Shown piece after piece: positions 54,461 through 58,934 of a DNA stretch of 58,934 bases. Position 1 is the stretch's first letter. Each line of letters opens with the position of its first letter. The position numbers and the translations under genes are program-made. A model generated the notes under the pieces. That model was not told the origin of the DNA, made no database searches, and saw only the letters and a program-made list of their open reading frames with translations. The stretch is from a virus (taxonomy: Duplodnaviria; Caudoviricetes), in IMG/VR virus record IMGVR_UViG_3300037258_000356, positions 1-58,934 of that record; one strand, written 5' to 3'.

Positions 54461-55408
54461 ATGTCGAAGGTGGATCGCAACAATCCGAAGCGCTCAACGG
54501 CGTCGGAGTCGACGTACTCCCTGATGGAGTTCACGCGCGAGTTTCCGACCGATGCTGCGTGCCTTGAGCACCTGTGGCGCTCAAGGTTCGCTCCCGATGG
54601 CTCGCACGCGGACTGCCCAAAGTGCAAGCGGGAGCGGAAGTTCCACAAGGTAGCAGCGCGCCCGTCATGGTCGTGCGACACCTGCGGCCACCACATCCAC
54701 CCGCTCGCAGGGACAATCTTCCACAAGTCCGCTACGTCGCTGCACCTGTGGTTCTACGTCCTCTACCTGATGACTAGCACTCGCTGCGGGATCTCCGCGA
54801 AGCAGGTTGAGCGCGAGATCGGCGTCACTTACAAGACCGCTTGGCGGATGTGCAACCTGATCCGCAACCACCTGATGGCCCAGGAGTTCGCCGACAAGCT
54901 GACCGGCGAAGTTGAGGCTGACGAGACCGCTTACGGTGGCCGTCCGAAGGTGGCCGTGACTCGCGGGATGACGATGGCTCAGGCGCAGATCTTCGCGAAG
55001 GCCCGGAAGGTCGGCATCGTCGCGATGGTCGAGCGTGGCGGCAACGTCCGCGCCTACGTTCAGCCGCGCGAAGGCGCGCTAGAGACCGTGAGTCTGCACG
55101 TAGAGCCGAACGCCACCGTCTACACCGACGAGTGGGCCGGGTATCGCAAACTGCATTTCACCCATCCCGATCACCGCACGATCCGCCACACCGACAAGGT
55201 GTACGCGACCGGAGACACGCACACGCAGACCATCGAAGGATGGTTTGGGAACGTCAAGAACGGGATCGCCGGCAACTATCACGGCGTGTCGGTCAAGTGG
55301 CTTCAGTCGTACGTCAACGAGTATGTATGGCGTTACAACCACCGTCGTCGCGACGGGCGCTCGATGTTCGCGGAGCTGCTTGCGCGTGCCGTCGTCGTGC
55401 AGCCCTGA
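54461..55408 (+). CDS. IS1595-family DDE transposase
   Basis: Zn ribbon CPKC/CDTC, GTIFHKS, VEADETAYGG, YTDE, HTQTIEGWF..VK, YVNEY.WRYN. Confidence 0.95.
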   Translation: MSKVDRNNPKRSTASESTYSLMEFTREFPTDAACLEHLWRSRFAPDGSHADCPKCKRERKFHKVAARPSWSCDTCGHHIHPLAGTIFHKSATSLHLWFYVLYLMTSTRCGISAKQVEREIGVTYKTAWRMCNLIRNHLMAQEFADKLTGEVEADETAYGGRPKVAVTRGMTMAQAQIFAKARKVGIVAMVERGGNVRAYVQPREGALETVSLHVEPNATVYTDEWAGYRKLHFTHPDHRTIRHTDKVYATGDTHTQTIEGWFGNVKNGIAGNYHGVSVKWLQSYVNEYVWRYNHRRRDGRSMFAELLARAVVVQP

Positions 55409-55452
55409 TCGCTCGCTATTCCTGGGCGGAGCGAATAGCTTCCTCGCTCGAG

Positions 55453-56202
55453 GTGCTGTTCTTCATCGACGAGACTTGGCAGAAGATCGACGGCCATGAA
55501 ATTGCGGCACTCGGGGGTGTCGCTATTCGGCTGAAGAGCTACAACGCGTTCTGTCGGGAGATGTTCGCCGTAAAGAAGAACATCCTCGGCGCGGTTGAGC
55601 TACGTGACGCCGAACTGAAAGGGAAGAAGTGCTTCGCGAACCGCTCGTTTCGTACCCGGGCGGATGGCGAGCGATCAAAGCTCCTAGATGCAGCCGATGA
55701 GTTGTTTAACGCGCTCGACAAATACGGTGCCAAAACCTTCGTAATTTGGACGGCTGCCCCATCGCTCGTCAGTCTGCGGAGCGCGCGGACCACGGCGCTG
55801 TCCAAGCCATACAAGGGGCTTCTGTACGACTTCCGTGCACTCATGCGGGGAGCCGCTGCAAATCGACTCGGCTCCTTGAATTTCGATCAGCGCGACATGG
55901 GCAGCGACGAGGCGGCCACTTGCGCCCTCCAGAACTATCTCGTGCGCACCCGAGGCGACTGGGACAGGACCTTCGTCACGGTGCCGAGCTTCACGGTGAG
56001 TGCTGTTAGCCCCGGACTCCAAGCCGCGGACCTCGTTGCGTACCTTGGAGCACACTTTTCGAGACCGAGCGTTCGCCCCGAACTCGGGCCGTACTTAGAG
56101 CGCGTAACCGCCCTCCAACACGAATGGCAGCGCGGACGCACGACGCGGCGATCGATCCGAGAGGTCCGGGCAGAACAAGAGGCCGGCGGGCTTTCGCCCT
56201 AA
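55453..56202 (+). CDS. DUF3800-like protein
   Basis: N-terminal FFIDET, ELKG, FD, and LQAADLVAY motifs. Confidence 0.75.
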   Translation: MLFFIDETWQKIDGHEIAALGGVAIRLKSYNAFCREMFAVKKNILGAVELRDAELKGKKCFANRSFRTRADGERSKLLDAADELFNALDKYGAKTFVIWTAAPSLVSLRSARTTALSKPYKGLLYDFRALMRGAAANRLGSLNFDQRDMGSDEAATCALQNYLVRTRGDWDRTFVTVPSFTVSAVSPGLQAADLVAYLGAHFSRPSVRPELGPYLERVTALQHEWQRGRTTRRSIREVRAEQEAGGLSP

Positions 56203-56234
56203 GCGCCGTCGATGAGACGACACACCGGCCCCTT
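56177..56234 (+). ncRNA. Candidate DUF3800-associated three-way-junction RNA
   Basis: Outer stem AAGAGGCCGG/CCGGCCCCTT enclosing GGGC-TTTC-GCCC and GTCG-ATGAGA-CGAC. Confidence 0.45.
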
Positions 56235-56293
56235 CTGGCACGCAGAGTACCACCCGACACCCGTCGAAGCGGCCGCTGGTTTTTCGCGTGCAA

Positions 56294-56653
56294 CTACGGC
56301 GTTTTCTTTGTCGTCCGCTGGCCGAACGACGGCGGCGCGACCTTCTCGAGGTCGCGCAGGAACGCGTCACGTGTCGGGATCGGGATCTCGACCGGCTCGC
56401 CGCGGTTCGGTTCCGTGAACTGCGTCGGGCCCTGTAGCGCGTACGCGCGATCCCACTCGGAGCGCGCACGATCGCGCTCGTCATCGGCAAGCTTTCGCTG
56501 AGCCTCGGCCTGCGCGTGCTCGCCGCGCTCGTCAAGGAACACCGCGCCCTGCTCGAACACGGCGACCCGGCGTTCGTGCGCCTCGGCCGCGGCGCGATGA
56601 CGTTCGGCGTCCTTCAGCGCTTCTGGTGTCGGCTCAGGTTTGTCCGTGGTCAT
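56294..56653 (-). CDS. Hypothetical IS passenger protein
   Basis: Helical N-terminus; VEIPIPTRDAFLRDLEKVA C-terminus. Confidence 0.55.
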   Translation of the reverse strand: MTTDKPEPTPEALKDAERHRAAAEAHERRVAVFEQGAVFLDERGEHAQAEAQRKLADDERDRARSEWDRAYALQGPTQFTEPNRGEPVEIPIPTRDAFLRDLEKVAPPSFGQRTTKKTP

Positions 56654-56846
56654 CGGCGTCTCTCAGTCTTGCAGCAGCGCAGAGTTCTAGCCATCGAGTT
56701 GCCGAAGTGGCAAATGCTTTGCGCGCTGCCGGTTCGTCGGCGGCAATGACGCCCAGCCGGATCGCCTCGCCGGGGGCGCTCACGGCCAGGCAGCCGCCGC
56801 GCGGACGAGGAAGAACGATTGCTTGGGGAGTGGTGAGTGAATGCAT
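56634..56846 (-). CDS. Small HicB-like-fold hypothetical protein
   Basis: GGCLAVS...LGVIAADEPAARKAF...RWLEL beta-beta-beta-alpha pattern. Confidence 0.35.
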   Translation of the reverse strand: MHSLTTPQAIVLPRPRGGCLAVSAPGEAIRLGVIAADEPAARKAFATSATRWLELCAAARLRDADDHGQT

Positions 56847-56974
56847 GCACCGCAGCGTGGCGCGCAAACGCCTACCCTGCAAATACGCAGAGGGTTAACG
56901 CGAAGCTCGACTTGCCTTCGCGGTAGCCGATGCTGTAGCGTGTTTCGTATGAACGCGAAATCGAAAGCTACCCC

Positions 56975-57649
56975 GTGACTGTCGTTCGCGATGGTCAAGC
57001 GCCGTACCCACCGATTGAGGCCATGATGGCTGTGATCGAGGGATACCGAACGAAGCATCCGCACACCCCGTTCACGATCGAGAACATTCAGCCGCTTGGG
57101 GTTGCGCCGTCGATCGCGCAGCGCACACACCAGGGTCTCCGACTCCTGGATCTCATTGACGACGAGGGCGAGCCCACCCCGGCACTGGATGTTCTGCGAG
57201 AGGCAACGACTGCGGAGTTCCCCGCGCGGCTTGCCGAAATCGTACGGGCCGCCTATGCCGAGGTATTTGCGTACAAGGACCCCGCAACCGACTCGCCCGA
57301 AGATATGGCCGAGATCTTCCGGTTCTACCGGCCTCCATCGCAGCACGCCCGGATGATCCGATTCTTCTACGGGATCTGCGAGCGCGCCGGCATCATCGAG
57401 AGCCGTCCTGCGATCGAGGGGTCCGGCAAGTCAAGTGTGCGGCGCGCTCCGGCATCGAAGGGTAAGCCGAGGGCTACCCGCGCGGAGGCACAGAACCGAA
57501 CGCCGCTACCACCTGCGTCGAGTATCGAACAGATGAAGGCCAAATACCTTGAGGTACTTCTCAACCGCCTCCAACAAACGGATGGCGAGTTCGACACCGA
57601 CCTGGCCGATCGGATCGAACGTCTGATGGGCGTAGCGCCAACCTCATGA
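56975..57649 (+). CDS. DUF5343-like protein
   Basis: APYPP...LRLLDLIDDEGEPT...AY..VF...RFF..ICE.AGI. Confidence 0.65.
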   Translation: MTVVRDGQAPYPPIEAMMAVIEGYRTKHPHTPFTIENIQPLGVAPSIAQRTHQGLRLLDLIDDEGEPTPALDVLREATTAEFPARLAEIVRAAYAEVFAYKDPATDSPEDMAEIFRFYRPPSQHARMIRFFYGICERAGIIESRPAIEGSGKSSVRRAPASKGKPRATRAEAQNRTPLPPASSIEQMKAKYLEVLLNRLQQTDGEFDTDLADRIERLMGVAPTS

Positions 57650-57659
57650 CGCGAGGTCA

Positions 57660-58061
57660 CGAACGATGTTGAGTACCACCGGGGCGCGGTGCAGTCCGCT
57701 GTCGCGTCTCACAATCGCATAGGCCGAGCACCCCGAGCGGTCCGAGAAGTGGACCGGAACGCGCCCGAGGCACCCAAGATCGAGGTCCAGGCCCTTCCAG
57801 GGGTCGCTGCGGTTTAGTCCCGCCTCTCGGGCGAGCCGCAGCGAGCGAGTAGCGTCGCCCTGGGCCTCGTTCCTGTGCCGCAGTCTATCGAGCCGCCAGG
57901 CCGCCTCCGACGGCTGCCAGATGGATTGCGTGTCCGGGCTCTGTCAGCCCTACGCGGCCGTGGGAGCGTCACCGTTACGGCGGTCCAAGGGGATGCCTAC
58001 CGAACGGCAGACGACCGGAGAATGCGTCTACTTGCCATGCATCCCTAGCATAGCGATGCTA
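57660..58061. ncRNA. Candidate large structured RNA at the IS right end
   Basis: About 400 nt without an ORF, containing many nested stems. Confidence 0.35.
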
Positions 58062-58133
58062 CCTGCTGTAAAGGGATAATCGCCCTATTGAGTCACCTGT
58101 CAACCGGGCCGCGCTCCGAAATAGCATCCGAAC

Positions 58134-58556
58134 ATGTCCGACTTCGTCGTCAGGGCGCTCGCTCCGGAGGCGACTCGGGAGATGCGCCAGGAGATCCTGC
58201 GCCCCCATCAGAGCGTCGAGGAGCTCGCCGAGCACGAGCCGCCCAACGCGCTTGCCGTGGGCGCGTTCGAGGGCGAGGAGCTGGTTGCGGTCGGACTGAT
58301 CGGACCCGATGGCGAGGGCGGCGCCTGGAGGATCCGCGGGATGGCGACGACGCCCGCGGTGCGCGGTCGCGGCGCCGGGAGCGCCGTGCTCGAAGCGCTC
58401 GTGGAGCACGCGGCGGCGAGCGGCGCGCAGCGCGTCTGGTGCAACGCGCGCACCCCGGCGCGATCGCTCTATGAGCGCGCCGGGCTGCGGGTCGTCTCAG
58501 AGCAGTTCGAGCTGCCCGCGATCGGCCCGCATTACGTGATGGAGCTCGTCCTCTAG
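58134..58556 (+). CDS. GNAT N-acetyltransferase (host)
   Basis: WRIRGMAT...RGRGAG...WCNAR...LYERAG. Confidence 0.88.
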   Translation: MSDFVVRALAPEATREMRQEILRPHQSVEELAEHEPPNALAVGAFEGEELVAVGLIGPDGEGGAWRIRGMATTPAVRGRGAGSAVLEALVEHAAASGAQRVWCNARTPARSLYERAGLRVVSEQFELPAIGPHYVMELVL

Positions 58557-58934
58557 GAGGTTCGCTCGAAGACGATGCGGTGGTGATCGAGCAGCTCGCG
58601 CTCGAACGACACCATGTTGGCGCTCACGCCGCTGGTGAAGGCGTGGCGGAACGTCGCGCTTCGCAGCCAGTGCGGCAGGAGCGTCAACTTGAGGAGGTTC
58701 TTGCGCAGGCTCGGGGCACCGATCCGGCGATTCCACTGGGTGATCGTCTCGATGTAGTCGAGCCGCCCGCTCGAGCTTTCGACGAGGCGAAAGTGGGGCT
58801 CCGCGCAGCGCACGAGCTGGTCGAGACCCCACGGCAGAAACGAGCCGGGGAACTGGCAGCCGAGCAGGAAGAGGATGTAGGCGTCTGAGTCGCGCGGCGC
58901 GTCCGGCCCGACGCCGTCGAGGGCAATCATGTTG
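58553..58934 (-). CDS. Cyclopropane fatty acid/mycolic acid synthase-like methyltransferase, C-terminal part (host)
   Basis: FPGSFLP...GRLDYIETITQW...HRIVFE; runs off the window. Confidence 0.65.
   Translation of the reverse strand, partial: NMIALDGVGPDAPRDSDAYILFLLGCQFPGSFLPWGLDQLVRCAEPHFRLVESSSGRLDYIETITQWNRRIGAPSLRKNLLKLTLLPHWLRSATFRHAFTSGVSANMVSFERELLDHHRIVFERTS

Larger units (their letters stand above)
54414..58084 (+). mobile_element. IS1595-family element with passenger genes (ends resemble the ISNwi1 group), 3671 bp
   Basis: 28-bp terminal IRs GGCGATTATCCCTT(G/T)ACAG(T/C)AGGTA(A/G)CA with 3 mismatches; transposase next to the left IR. Confidence 0.92.

Noticed and set aside
58046-58072. 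Inward-facing promoter in the right IR (TTTACA...TATGCT)
   Set aside because: The spacer is only 14 nt, too short to support a sigma70 promoter call

Overview
This window holds a near-complete ~54.3 kb temperate myovirus-type phage genome (95-54413, mostly minus strand) from a high-GC, probably actinobacterial host. Modules present are lysis, contractile tail/baseplate, head, packaging, replication, integrase/excisionase and cro/cI. The phage is bounded by directly oriented copies of a 3.67 kb IS1595-family element rather than by attL/attR. Only the last 94 bp of the left copy (1-94) are visible, while the right copy (54414-58084) is complete. An 8-bp target duplication, GAAGTTGG, lies on the phage side of both junctions, and rejoining the two phage ends restores the endolysin stop codon. 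An apparently intact attP remains mid-genome. The structure is therefore either an IS-mediated phage-chromosome cointegrate or an assembly path through a shared IS. The IS carries passenger genes (DUF3800-like, DUF5343-like) and two candidate structured RNAs. Other notable signals are a ~65-70 aa module inserted in the capsid, sheath and baseplate-J proteins, a small protein ending in a scaffold-like C-terminal peptide, an Rpf-like secreted transglycosylase without a canonical start codon, and a 9-nt three-variant repeat. Host-like GNAT and cyclopropane synthase genes follow the IS. All product calls come from motif recognition and synteny by eye; no searches were run.
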